DNA of 64,000 bases from an uncultured delta proteobacterium (GTDB lineage: Bacteria; Desulfobacterota; Binatia; Binatales; Binataceae): contig CAVQAR010000009.1 in assembly GCA_963710425.1 (NCBI GenBank), forward strand, positions 134,539 through 198,538. Reading direction: 5' to 3'. The position numbers were made by a program, and so were the translations under genes. Numbering within the stretch: the first letter of the stretch is position 1; every line of letters begins with the position of its first letter. A model generated the notes under the pieces. That model was not told where the DNA came from, did no database searches, and was given only the letters and a program-made list of their open reading frames with translations. Of this stretch, positions 18,101 through 29,741 are shown piece by piece.

Positions 18101-19436
18101 TTAAGATTTTCGAATGCGCTCCACCCCACCCATATAAGGAAGCAAAACCTCGGGAACGGTCACTGCTCCCATCTTCGTTCTGATAATTCTCCAGCACCGC
18201 AATCATCGTCCGCGGCAACGCCAACCCCGACCCGTTCAACGTATGCACCAACTCGGGCTTCCCGCCCTTCGACTTGAATCGAATCTTCGCGCGACGCGCC
18301 TGGAAATCTGTGCAATTCGAAATCGAGCTGACCTCGAGCCACTCGCCACACCCCGGCGCCCACATCTCGAGATCATAAGTGACAGCGGATGCGAAACTCA
18401 GATCCGCAGTGCATAGCGCGACGACGCGATACGGAATTTTCAGCCGCCGGCAAATTTCCTCGGCGTCGTTCACCATCTTCAGAAACTCGTCATCCGACGT
18501 TTCAGGACGCACCAGCTTGACCATCTCGACCTTGTCAAACTGATGGCCCCGCTTGATACCGCGCACATCGCGTCCGGCCGACATCTTTTCGCGCCGAAAG
18601 CACGGCGTGTATGCGGTCATGTAGATAGGCAAACTGCTTTCATCGAGCGTCTCATCGCGATGCAAACTCGTGAGCGGCACCTCGGCAGTCGGGATAAACC
18701 AGAAATCATCCTCGGCGTCGTGGTACATCGTGTCGGCGTTCTTCGGCAGATGCCCGGTGCTGGTCGCGGTCTCAGTACTGACCATCAGCGGCGGAATTAT
18801 TTCGAGATAACCCTGCTCCCGAATCTTGACGTCGAGCATCCACGCAATCAGCGCGCGCTGCAGCCGCGCTCCCGCCCCGCTGAGCACATAGAACCGCGTG
18901 CCAGACAGTTTCACCCCGCGATCGAAATCGATAATCCCAAGACTTTCGCCAAGCTCCCAATGCGGCAGCGGCTTGAACGCAGTGAACTCAATCGGCGTCC
19001 CCTCGGTCTTGATAACGCGATTGTCAGCCTCGCTCGCTCCGACCGGCACGTCCGCCCGCGGAATATTCGGCAACTCCAGCATCCGCGAATGGAATTCACG
19101 CTCGGCGAGACCGAGTTGTGTCCCCAGCAGCAGCAACGGATTACTCGCATCGACCACCTCGCCGGCTGAACCAGAGCCGGTGGCCAGCTTCTCTTCGTCC
19201 GCTTCCTCGGCGCGAATCTTCGCAACCTCGGCCGCGCGCTGCTCAGGCGCCAGCTTCCCGACTTCCCGCGCCCGCCGCTTGCGATCCGCGCGCAGTTGAT
19301 CGACCTCGCCCTGCAGCTCGCGCCGCTTCTGATCGACTTCGAGCAGCCGATCGACTTCAGTGGGCTCAACGCCGCGCTTGGCGAGCTCGCCCTTCACAAA
19401 ATCGGGCCGTTCACGAATAAGCTTGATATCCAGCAT
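18101..19436 (-). CDS. serS: seryl-tRNA synthetase, last ~20 codons frame-shifted in this sequence
   Basis: MLDIKLIRE..., coiled-coil arm, class II motifs (FIPTAEVPL, GRDVRGIKRGHQFDKVE, TLNGSGLALPRT). After NYQNEDGS the track ORF reads into repeat B. The adjacent frame gives VTVPEVLLPYMGGVERIRKS then stop at 18101..18103, the normal SerS end. Indel near 18158..18170. Confidence 0.9.
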
Positions 19437-19466
19437 TCTCTTTCACTGCGCTCCCGTCGCCACGGG

Positions 19467-19877
19467 TCAGAATGCGTTCCTCAACAGTTCAATCTCCAGC
19501 CGCTCTCCGGAAGCGTCAACCGCGACGATATCAAAGCGCATCTCGATTTCGTCCTCGCGATACCGCGTCGCAAAAATTTCCGCCGCGCGCCGTATCTGTT
19601 TCTGCTTGCGCTCATCGACCGCCTCTTCCGGCGCCCCAGCATCGCGACCGCGCCGAGTCTTCACCTCGACAAACACGAGAACATCACCATCCATCGCAAC
19701 CAGATCAATCTCCGCCCCAGCCGCGCGAAAATTCCGCTTAACGATCCGATACCCACAGCGCCGTAGATACTTCTCCGCCGCCCGCTCCCCCCGCCGCCCC
19801 AACGGCATCCGCACTCGCAGCCGCGTCAGCCACGCCGCAGCGCGAGCAACCAAATCGCGCGGCGTTATAATATCCAT
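19467..19877 (-). CDS. yraN: YraN family (UPF0102) endonuclease-like protein
   Basis: GERAAEKYLRRCGYRIVKRNFRAAGAEIDLVAMDGDVLVFVEVKTRRG...RFDIVAV. The true start may be the internal M at 19808. Confidence 0.8.
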   Translation of the reverse strand: MDIITPRDLVARAAAWLTRLRVRMPLGRRGERAAEKYLRRCGYRIVKRNFRAAGAEIDLVAMDGDVLVFVEVKTRRGRDAGAPEEAVDERKQKQIRRAAEIFATRYREDEIEMRFDIVAVDASGERLEIELLRNAF

Positions 19878-19929
19878 CGCGCCCCCACAATCGCGAGGCT
19901 AGAAGGCAGCAGCGCTGGCCGCAAGCGGG

Positions 19930-20360
19930 GGAGCCGCGGGCACGGCCCGCGCCACTGAATTTAAAAAGGCGGGCCGCCCTTCTGTTGATTCAGTGGCGCG
20001 GGCGGCCCTGCCCGCGGCTCCTTAAGAAAGCGCGCAGATGCGGCAAGCAAAGGGCGAAGTAAGAAAAGAGCCGGGATTCTTCGCTTGGCGTGAATGACAC
20101 AAGGACCGGAAGGAAGTTCGAGCGTCACACACTGCTTTTGATCCGCGGTTGGGGTCCGTCGGTTAGCGTCGAGAAAGATCCGGGGTCCCTCGGCTTCGCT
20201 CGGGATGACACAAGAATAAGGCGAGAGGAAAAGAACCTGAGAGCAAAATGGCGTCTTCGCCATTTTGCGATTAGTACTGGGTGCAGGGGTCACCCCTGCC
20301 GAAGGAAGCGTGAAACCCACCGCGGGTTTCACATTCAATAAAGTGATTTCCCCTTCCCTC
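19930..20360 (+). repeat. composite intergenic repeat island 2 (families D, C, E, B in the same order as island 1)
   Basis: D: 19930..20021, a ~92-bp palindrome GGAGCCGCGGGCACGG..CCCGCGGCTCC. C: 20072..20102 and 20177..20213. E: 20241..20278. B plus tail: 20279..20360. Confidence 0.85.
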
Positions 20361-20406
20361 ACCTGACATCGATCTCTCAGGATGTTACCATTTGCCGGGA
20401 GTAGCC

Positions 20407-20703
20407 ATGCCCGAATCAAAAATAACTCTCGAACAGGTCCGCCACGTCGCGCGGCTCGCGCGCCTCGAATTGTCGCCGCAGGACGAAAATCGCCTGCGCA
20501 CCGACATGGACGAGATGCTGGCCTACGTGGACAAATTGAACGAGCTCGACACTAAAAATGTCGCGCCGACGACGCAGGTCGGCGAGGCCGGCACACCCAT
20601 GCGTGACGACGAAGTGACCAATCGCCCGGACGCCGACGCGATCCTCGCGAATGCGCCGTCGCGCGAGCGCAACTACTTCAAAGTGCCGAAAATAATCGAG
20701 TAG
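20407..20703 (+). CDS. gatC: Asp/Glu-tRNA amidotransferase subunit C
   Basis: Start trimmed to MPESKITLEQVRHVARLARLEL (GGGAG RBS). Length and sequence are typical of GatC. Immediately upstream of gatA. Confidence 0.9.
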   Translation: MPESKITLEQVRHVARLARLELSPQDENRLRTDMDEMLAYVDKLNELDTKNVAPTTQVGEAGTPMRDDEVTNRPDADAILANAPSRERNYFKVPKIIE

Positions 20704-20715
20704 AAATTTTCCCGA

Positions 20716-22176
20716 ATGACATCCGAACTGAACAAACTCACAATCGCCGAGGCGTCGGCGAAACTCCGCTCGCATGAGATATCGGCGACCCAGTTGACGC
20801 GGGATTGCCTCGATCGGATCGCCGCGGCCGAGCCGAAGCTGCACGCGTTCCTGACCGTCTGCGAGAAAGAGGCTGTCGAGCAGGCACGCACGGCCGACTC
20901 GCGCCTCGCAGCCGGCAATGCGCCTGCGATGTGCGGAATCCCGCTCGGCATCAAGGACATCTACGCGACCAAAGGCGTCCGCACGACATGCGCATCGCGA
21001 ATTCTTGAACATTTCGTGCCGCCCTTTGACGCGACCGTGATCGAGCGCCTGCGCGCAGACGGCGCAATCTTCGTCGGCAAAACCAACATGGACGAATTCG
21101 CGATGGGCTCGTCCACGGAAAACTCCGCGTTCGGCGCGACGGCCAATCCGCACGACACCGGACGCGTCGCCGGCGGGTCGTCCGGAGGATCGGCGGCCGC
21201 AGTCGCGGCGCACGAATGCCTCGCGTCGCTCGGCACCGACACCGGCGGCTCGATTCGCGAGCCGGCGTCGTTCTGCGGCGTCGTCGGAATCAAGCCGACT
21301 TACAGCCGCGTCAGCCGCTTCGGCGTCATCGCATTCGCGTCGTCGCTCGATCAGGTCGGCCCGTTCACGAAATCAGTGCGCGACGCCGCGATCATCATGC
21401 GCACGCTCGCAGGCCTGGACCCGCGCGATTCGACCTGCTCGGCGCGTCCGGTCCCCGATTACGAACGCGCTCTCACCGGCGAGGTCAAAGGACTCCGAAT
21501 CGGCGTGCCGCGCGAATATTTCGTCGAGGGGATGCAACCGGAGGTCGAAAAGGCAGTCCGCGCCGCGCTCAAAAACTACGAATCGCTCGGCGCTTCGACG
21601 GTCGAAATCTCGATGCCGCATACCGGCTACGCGATCGCCGCCTACTACCTGCTCGCGACCGCGGAGGCGAGCGCCAATCTCGCGCGCTACGACGGTATCC
21701 GCTACGGCCTGCGCGTCAACGCTGAAGACAATATCGCGCTCTACGAAACCACGCGCGCCAAGGGCTTCGGCGCCGAGGTCAAGCGCCGAATCATGCTCGG
21801 CACGTTCGCGCTTTCCGCTGGCTACTACGACGCCTACTATCTGAAGGCGCAAAAGGTCCGCACGCTGATTCGCAACGACTTCGATCGCGCGTTCGAAAAG
21901 TGCGATTTGATCGTCACCCCGGTCGCGCCGACCACCGCCTTCAAACTCGGCGAGAAGATGAACGATCCGCTCACGATGTACCTGTCGGACATTTTCACTA
22001 TCTCAGTAAACCTGGCCGGTCTACCCGGAATGTCGATGCCGTGCGGCTACGACTCGAACAATCTGCCAATCGGCATGCAATTGATCGCGCCGCCCTTCGC
22101 CGAAGAAACAATTCTGCGCGTGGGCGACGCCTTCGAGCGCACCGGAGCATTCAAACCCCGCAACCTCGCGGTCTAA
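20716..22176 (+). CDS. gatA: Asp/Glu-tRNA amidotransferase subunit A
   Basis: 486 aa with amidase signature [13 protein letters not shown] and GTDTGGSIR. gatC-gatA-gatB order. Confidence 0.95.
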   Translation: MTSELNKLTIAEASAKLRSHEISATQLTRDCLDRIAAAEPKLHAFLTVCEKEAVEQARTADSRLAAGNAPAMCGIPLGIKDIYATKGVRTTCASRILEHFVPPFDATVIERLRADGAIFVGKTNMDEFAMGSSTENSAFGATANPHDTGRVAGGSSGGSAAAVAAHECLASLGTDTGGSIREPASFCGVVGIKPTYSRVSRFGVIAFASSLDQVGPFTKSVRDAAIIMRTLAGLDPRDSTCSARPVPDYERALTGEVKGLRIGVPREYFVEGMQPEVEKAVRAALKNYESLGASTVEISMPHTGYAIAAYYLLATAEASANLARYDGIRYGLRVNAEDNIALYETTRAKGFGAEVKRRIMLGTFALSAGYYDAYYLKAQKVRTLIRNDFDRAFEKCDLIVTPVAPTTAFKLGEKMNDPLTMYLSDIFTISVNLAGLPGMSMPCGYDSNNLPIGMQLIAPPFAEETILRVGDAFERTGAFKPRNLAV

Positions 22177-22184
22177 GCGTGACG

Positions 22185-23627
<1,443 letters not shown>

Positions 23628-23631
23628 CGAA

Positions 23632-24048
23632 CTACTTCGGAATATACACTTTATACGTGACGCCGCCTGCGCCTGGTTCGCCGGTGGCGAACGCCTGCAC
23701 ATCATTGAGCCACGCATATTTGCCCTTGGTCGAGGTCGCGAAGACCGGGGTTGTCGCGAGGCCGTGGGGACCGCTCGGACCCATCTTCGCGCGACCAGTG
23801 TAGGTCATATAGATGTTCTCGCCGTCGTCGGTTTTCAGCACGAGGCGCACGTCGATGATTCCGACTTTGCCATCGGCGCGCACCAGGAACCAATCTGCAC
23901 CGCTCGCGAGCACGGTACCTTTGACCCGCGGTCCCTCGAATTTGCCGCCGGTGACGTGCACGACAACGCGAGTCCCGTCGGGCGTGTCGGGAATTAAAAT
24001 TGGCGGCGCGATCGCGGCGGTGATTTCGAAGAGTAGTTCCAGTTCCAC
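23632..24048 (-). CDS. DUF3237 family protein
   Basis: 138 aa: TRVVVHVTGGKFEGPRVKGTVLASGADWFLVRADG...LKTDDGENIYMTYTG...YAWLNDVQAFATG matches the DUF3237 pattern as I recall it. Confidence 0.7.
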   Translation of the reverse strand: MELELLFEITAAIAPPILIPDTPDGTRVVVHVTGGKFEGPRVKGTVLASGADWFLVRADGKVGIIDVRLVLKTDDGENIYMTYTGRAKMGPSGPHGLATTPVFATSTKGKYAWLNDVQAFATGEPGAGGVTYKVYIPK

Positions 24049-24109
24049 GTTGAGTACCTCGTCAATCGTTTGAAGTTATCCCTTCGGCAGCCGAGAGTGC
24101 GCCCATTAC

Positions 24110-25228
24110 TCAGTTGAAGTTGAATGCTCTGGCGGCGTTGTCCCACAGGATTTTTTTCTTGCTCGAGTGTGGGATTGATTGTTTCAGCACGGCGTCGATT
24201 CCCCACGGGAAGGTGCCGTCGGGATGTGGATAGTCAGTGTCCCAGAGAAAGTTGTTGTCACCTACTATATCCAGCGCCGCCTTCATGGTTGGTTCGTCGC
24301 CGCGGAAGGCTACGAAGAAGTTACTTTTGAAATACTCAGTCGGGCGTTTGCTCAAATACTCGTGCTCCGAGTTGCCGCTGAAGTCCCAATGCTGTTCCAT
24401 CCGCTGTAGCCAGTAGGGAACCCATCCGCCGTCGGCTTCGACCTGCACGACGCGAAGTTTCGGGAACTTCTCGATGACGCCGTACCAGATAAGACCAGCC
24501 ATCGCGGCCATCGCTTCGAACGGATGCGACAGGATGTGGCCGGTAACGTGGGTGTCCATCCGGTCGCCGAACGACTCGACCGACGCGGAGCCGGAATCGT
24601 GGGTAGAAATCGGGCGTCCGAGTTTTTCAACTTCGGCCCACAGCGGCAGATAGTCGTCGTGGAAAAGCGTTCGGCCTCGGACCGGGTTGGGGCGCACGTA
24701 AAAGCTGACCGCGCCGTTCTTCGCAGCGCGATTGGCTTCCTTGATCGATTCGCCTACGTCCTGCATGGGTAAAATGGCTGCCCACTTCACGCGGTCGCTG
24801 GTCTTCGAACAGTAGTCAGCGCTCCAATCGTTGTAGGCGCGACAGCATGCAGCGAGCAGTTGCGGGTCGCGAAATTCGCGGCCGAGCATCTGGCCGGCGG
24901 CGGTCGGATAAACGATCTGCACATCGACGCCCTGCTCGTTCATGTCCATGATGCGGCTTTCGGGGCTGAAACCGAGCTTGGCCGCGCGCTCGAAACGCTT
25001 CATCGCCTTGCGGACGGCGTCGAGGAAGCCGGGCGCCGCCATCGGATATTTGCCTTTTTCGCGGGTGAAAGGTTCGCCTTCAACCAGGAACGTGCGGCGG
25101 CCGGATTCCGGCGCAATACCCATTTTGGGCGCCGCCGATTTATAGCGCTCATCGATGTAGCGTTCGAATACATAGTCGGGTTCCATCAAGTGAGTATCTA
25201 CATCGGCGATTTTGAATCCGTCTTTCAT
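24110..25228 (-). CDS. amidohydrolase-2 family protein (ACMSD-like metal-dependent hydrolase/decarboxylase)
   Basis: 372 aa: IADVDTHLMEP, HDSGS, LWDTDYPHPDG metal-ligand motifs typical of Amidohydro_2. Confidence 0.8.
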   Translation of the reverse strand: MKDGFKIADVDTHLMEPDYVFERYIDERYKSAAPKMGIAPESGRRTFLVEGEPFTREKGKYPMAAPGFLDAVRKAMKRFERAAKLGFSPESRIMDMNEQGVDVQIVYPTAAGQMLGREFRDPQLLAACCRAYNDWSADYCSKTSDRVKWAAILPMQDVGESIKEANRAAKNGAVSFYVRPNPVRGRTLFHDDYLPLWAEVEKLGRPISTHDSGSASVESFGDRMDTHVTGHILSHPFEAMAAMAGLIWYGVIEKFPKLRVVQVEADGGWVPYWLQRMEQHWDFSGNSEHEYLSKRPTEYFKSNFFVAFRGDEPTMKAALDIVGDNNFLWDTDYPHPDGTFPWGIDAVLKQSIPHSSKKKILWDNAARAFNFN

Positions 25229-25263
25229 GGTAATTCTCCAAATACTATTTGATTAGCTAATAG

Positions 25264-26283
25264 CTAATCGCTCGGAATAATCAGTGCTTTCACTCCGCGG
25301 CGCTCGCGCAGGAGGTCGAAAGCTTCGAGGCCGTGTGAAATAGAATAGCGATGGGTGACCATCGGACGTAAGTCAACGGTGCCGCTCGAGACCATCGCGA
25401 TCGCGCGGCGCCAGGTTTCCGGAGTGCGGATGCGGGAGTTGATGATCGTCACGCCGTGAAAAAACAGCGCGCGCAGCTCGGCGGACTTGAGATCGCGCGC
25501 GGGCCATCCGACTTCGACCATCTGTCCGCCGCGGCGGAGCAGCTCGCGCGGCGAATCGATCGCGCCGGCCGCATCGAAGACGACGTCGGCGCCGTCAGGC
25601 GGAAGCATCGCGCGCACTTGATCGCACCAATCGCGGTCGCCGGCCGTCACAGTTTTGAAGCCCATCGTGCGCGCGAGTGCGAGACGGTCCGCATCAACCG
25701 CCAGACCCGTCACCACTATAGATGTCACGCCGAGGGCGCGCGCGGCCAGTGCGATGCTGAGGCCGATAGGCCCGGGACCTTCAACGACGGCGCTGTCGCC
25801 CGCTTTGAGACATGACTGTTCGACGGCGTGAAGTGCCGTGCCGAACGGCTCGAGCAGCGCGGCCTGCTCGATGTTCATCGAGGACGGAACCAGGTGCGCG
25901 TTTCCGACCGGCGCGACGGTGAACTCGGCAAACGCGCCCGAGAGCGTGGTCGGCGAGGCGCAAAGATGGAAGCGGCCGGCGCGGCATGGACCGCATTGCC
26001 CGCAATGGCCGAAGGGATCGAGCGCGACTCGATCGCCGACCTTGAAATTGGTGACGCGCGCGCCGACCTCGACGACTTCGCCGGCGGGCTCGTGTCCGAG
26101 GATTACCGGGAGGCGCGCGACCATGCGCTCGGCGCCGAGTTCCCAATCGACGATGTGCAAGTCGGAGCCGCACACGCCGCACGCGCCGACGCGAACCAGC
26201 AGCGCCGAGTCACCGGGCGCTGGCACGGGTGCGTCGATCACTTCGGCGCCGGGCGCGGGACGAGTCTTTGCGATCGCTTTGAT
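25264..26283 (-). CDS. Zn-dependent alcohol dehydrogenase (MDR family), no canonical start codon visible
   Basis: CGVCGSDLH, GHEPAGEVVEVG, CGQCGPCRAG, GPGPIGL. Homology continues upstream of the track start as IKAIAKTRPAPGAEV. The only start-like codon after the in-frame TAG is ATC (26281..26283), 8 nt downstream of GGAGG. Confidence 0.75.
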   Translation of the reverse strand: MKAIAKTRPAPGAEVIDAPVPAPGDSALLVRVGACGVCGSDLHIVDWELGAERMVARLPVILGHEPAGEVVEVGARVTNFKVGDRVALDPFGHCGQCGPCRAGRFHLCASPTTLSGAFAEFTVAPVGNAHLVPSSMNIEQAALLEPFGTALHAVEQSCLKAGDSAVVEGPGPIGLSIALAARALGVTSIVVTGLAVDADRLALARTMGFKTVTAGDRDWCDQVRAMLPPDGADVVFDAAGAIDSPRELLRRGGQMVEVGWPARDLKSAELRALFFHGVTIINSRIRTPETWRRAIAMVSSGTVDLRPMVTHRYSISHGLEAFDLLRERRGVKALIIPSD

Positions 26284-26374
26284 CTGCGAAACCTCCGACT
26301 ACCTTCAATACGACGGTGCGCCAGTCCGGGTCAAAGAAAACTTGCGGTAGTAATTTTTGCGGAAGCTGGGAACG

Positions 26375-27662
26375 CTACTCCCAGTGACGGAGCGGAGCGC
26401 CGCGATAGCGCATGCGTGGCCGGATCAGGCGGTTGTCGGCGTATTGCTCAAGCGCGTGCGCGATCCATCCCGAGGCGCGGCCGATTGCGAAAATTGCAGC
26501 CGGCATCGAGCGCGGAAAACCCAACATGCGGACGCATACGGTGAGATAGAAGTCGAGGTTAGGACGCAGGCGATCGCGTTTGGATACACTGCCCTCGACT
26601 TTTTGCGCCGTCTCAAACAGGCGGCGGCCGCGGTGCTTGGCGATGGTCTGCGCGACTTGCCGCAGCAGCGCTGCGCGCGGATCGCCGTCGGGATAAATCG
26701 CATGACCAAAGCCCGGCGGCAAGCGATGATCGCGGGTGAAAGCCGCCAGGCATTCGTCCACCCGCGCGCCGGATTCCAGCTCGGCGAACATCGCCTCGAT
26801 GCGATCGCACGCACCGCCGTGAATCGGGCCGCTGAGCGAGCACAAAGCCGAGAGCACTGAGGCGAAGAGGTCGGCGCCGGTGCTCGCGATCACGCGCGCG
26901 GCAAAGGTCGAGGCGTTGAGCTCGTGCTCGGCGCATGCGATCAGCACGCGATCGAGCGCCTCGACTTCCCATTCGAGACGCGGTCGAACCGGGGACCCAT
27001 CCGAGCAGGCGTCCGGCCATTCCGGGTCCGCCAGGCGCGCCGGGAGCGGGCGGCTGCGCGAGTGCGAGCGGGAGCTGGCTGATGATCAGCTTGGCGCGAT
27101 CGATTCGCGTGCGCGGCGGCTGGCGTCGATCCCACGCGGCGAGGCTGGGCATCATGGCCTCGAGCCGCAACAGCGGGGGCGCATCGTCACCGACGGCGGC
27201 GAGCGCCTCGGCGACCGAGACGGGCATCTGCGCGCCGTGAATCTCCGCACGCAACGCGGCGATTTCCTCGGCGACCGGCCGCTCGCCACTCCACAGCAGC
27301 AGGCACACCTCTTCAAACGACGCGTGCGCGACGATTTCCTCGATCGGATAACCGCGATACGCGAGCTTGCCTTCGTTGATCGAGCTGACCGCGGACTCGG
27401 CGACGATAACGCCGGGCGCGCCGTCGTCGATGCTCTTGGGTTGCGCGACGGTGACCCAGGTCGAAGCGGCCGGCAGGCTGCGTCCGCGCCGTCCGCGCTC
27501 GTTGGAAACGACTCCGCGCAGCGCCTCGATGTCGGCGCGGCGATAAAGGGCCTGGCGGCCTACTTTGCGCCGATAACTTTTCAGCCATCCGCGGCTGACG
27601 TAGGCGTATAGCGTGCCCAGCTTGACGCCGAGCTGATCGGCCGCCTCGTTGGCGGTCATCAT
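26375..27662 (-). CDS. HTH (MerR/excisionase-type) domain fused to a citrate synthase-like domain, frame disrupted
   Basis: N-terminus MMTANEAADQLGVKLGTLYAYVSRGWL (HTH_17-like), then INEGKLAYRGYPIEE. ORF 26375..26947 carries CAEHELNASTFAARV, GPIHGGA, GFGHAIYPDGDPRA, NLDFY, GRASGWIAHALEQ. The frames join via ...SDGSPVRPRLEWEVEALDRVLIACAEHE. Indel near 26985..27012. Confidence 0.75.
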
Positions 27663-27816
27663 ACCAGCGCGTTCTGGATTGCCGGCCCGTTCGAGATTGC
27701 GAATCGCCACCATCAGAATCACGCCACGCGCCGAGGGCGGCGTCAAGTGGCATCGAGTCAACTTGCATCCAGATAGGCACAGTTATATACAGTCAAGCTC
27801 ACAGGAGGAAGAGCTT

Positions 27817-28611
27817 ATGGGCTCGGCGGAAGTGCGATTCAAGGAGTTGCGTGCGGATTTCGGCAAGACGGCCAGCGACTATGGACGTCATCGCGCGGGT
27901 TTTCCCGACGAATTCTTCGACCGGCTGAAGGCGTCGGGAATCATTCGCGCGGGAATGCGCGCGCTCGACCTGGGAACCGGCACCGGCACGGTCGCGCGGG
28001 GCCTGGCGCTTCGCGGATGCGAAGTTACTGGACTCGATCGATCACTGCCGCTGATGGAGCAAGCGGCGGAACTCGACAAAGGCGCCGGCGTCGTCGTGAA
28101 ATATGTGAATGCTGCCGCTGAGGAGACCGGACTGCCCGCGGCGGAGTTCGATCTGGTGACGGCGGGCCAATGTTGGCATTGGTTCGATCGTCCTCGCGCG
28201 GTCGCGGAGTCGCGGCGCGTGCTGAAGCCGGGCGGCAGGTTGGTAATCGCGCATTTCGACTGGATTCCGCTGCCGGGCAATATGGTCGAGGGGACCGAAA
28301 AGCTGATCGAGAAACACAATCCGAAATGGAAGTTCGGCGGCGGACTTGGAATTCATCCGCAATGGCCGCAAGACATGGCGGTTGCAGGCTTCAAAAATAT
28401 CGAAACGTTCTCGTTCGACCTCGACGCGATCTACACGCATGAGGCGTGGCGCGGACGGATTCGCGCAAGCGCCGGAGTGGGCGCGAGCCTCGCACCAGAA
28501 GCAGTTGCGGCCTTCGACGACGAGTTGCGCGCGATGCTGGCCGAGCGATGGCCGGAGGATCCGATGCCTGTACTGCATCGCGTATTCGCGGTGATCGGCG
28601 TCGCACCTTAA
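27817..28611 (+). CDS. class I SAM-dependent methyltransferase
   Basis: Start trimmed to MGSAEVRF (AGGAGG RBS). ALDLGTGTGTVARGLA motif I and LKPGGRLVIAH. Confidence 0.8.
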   Translation: MGSAEVRFKELRADFGKTASDYGRHRAGFPDEFFDRLKASGIIRAGMRALDLGTGTGTVARGLALRGCEVTGLDRSLPLMEQAAELDKGAGVVVKYVNAAAEETGLPAAEFDLVTAGQCWHWFDRPRAVAESRRVLKPGGRLVIAHFDWIPLPGNMVEGTEKLIEKHNPKWKFGGGLGIHPQWPQDMAVAGFKNIETFSFDLDAIYTHEAWRGRIRASAGVGASLAPEAVAAFDDELRAMLAERWPEDPMPVLHRVFAVIGVAP

Positions 28612-28670
28612 CACGCTTTGACGAGTGACGGTGAAGGTCGGCTATAGTCGCGCCCAAGAGAGGAGTGACT

Positions 28671-29741
28671 ATGGATTTCGGAACACTGATTTTCACCAAG
28701 CCCGAGCGCGCGATCACCGACGTCAAGTACGCGGAGGAGCGCGGCTTCAGTCACGCGTGGATTCCCGACTCGCACATGATTTGGGGCGACACATACGCCT
28801 GCATGGCGCTGGCGGCGGTCAATACGAAAACGATCAAGCTCGGAACCGGCGTCGCGATTGCGTCGAATCGGATCGCGCCGGTGACTGTGCATTCGATCGC
28901 GACCATCAATCAGCTCGCGCCGGGACGCGTGATTCTCGGATTCGGCACGGGGCATACGGGGCGGCGCGTGATGGGATTGCCGCCGGTCAAACAGGCGGAG
29001 TTCCGCGAGCAGGTGCGCGTAATTCGCGATCTGCTCCACGACGGCGAAGCAATTTATAACACCGAAGGGCTGAGCCGAAAAATCCGCTACCTGCATCGCG
29101 ATCGGCGCTTCATCAACCTCGACGACAAAATTCCGCTGTATGTGGCGGCCAACGGGCCCAAGACTTTGGCGCTCGCGGGCGAGTTTGGCGACGGCGCGAT
29201 CACCACCGGGGTGACGGACGTCGAGCGCGTCGGCGCGGTGCGGAAAAGTCTCGCGGCCGGTGCGTCGAAGGTCGGGCGCAGCGCGGAGAAAATGCCGATC
29301 GTATCGCTCACTCACATTTGCGTGCTCAGGCCCGGCGAGAAGCTCGATTCGCCGCGGGTCAAGGCGATGACCGGGCACTGGGTGATGGCGAGTTTTCATG
29401 CGATCGCTGCGGGATACGCGCGCGCCGGTTATCTGCCGGAAGCGGTCGCCGAGGTGTACAAGGCTTACGAAGACTACGTCGCGAAAATGAAAACGCCGGC
29501 GGCCGAGCGTTACCTCGAATTGCACATCGGGCATTGCACGTACGTCGCCCCGCTCGAGCAGAAGTACGTGACGCCCGACACGATCGCGGCGACGACGATG
29601 ATCGGACCGAAGGAGGAGCTCGTCGAACGGCTGCGAGCGATGGAGCGCGCCGGGTTGTCGCAAGTGTTCATCAATCCGCCGATGGACGGCTACAACGATT
29701 GCATCGACGAAATTTCGCGCGACGTGATCGCGCGGATGTAA
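28671..29741 (+). CDS. LLM-class (luciferase-like) flavin/F420-dependent oxidoreductase
   Basis: MDFGTLIF..., AEERGFSHAWIPDSH, LGTGVAIASNR, GRVILGFGTGH, YVAANGPKTLALAGEFGDG. GGAG 6 nt upstream of ATG 28671. Confidence 0.8.
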   Translation: MDFGTLIFTKPERAITDVKYAEERGFSHAWIPDSHMIWGDTYACMALAAVNTKTIKLGTGVAIASNRIAPVTVHSIATINQLAPGRVILGFGTGHTGRRVMGLPPVKQAEFREQVRVIRDLLHDGEAIYNTEGLSRKIRYLHRDRRFINLDDKIPLYVAANGPKTLALAGEFGDGAITTGVTDVERVGAVRKSLAAGASKVGRSAEKMPIVSLTHICVLRPGEKLDSPRVKAMTGHWVMASFHAIAAGYARAGYLPEAVAEVYKAYEDYVAKMKTPAAERYLELHIGHCTYVAPLEQKYVTPDTIAATTMIGPKEELVERLRAMERAGLSQVFINPPMDGYNDCIDEISRDVIARM

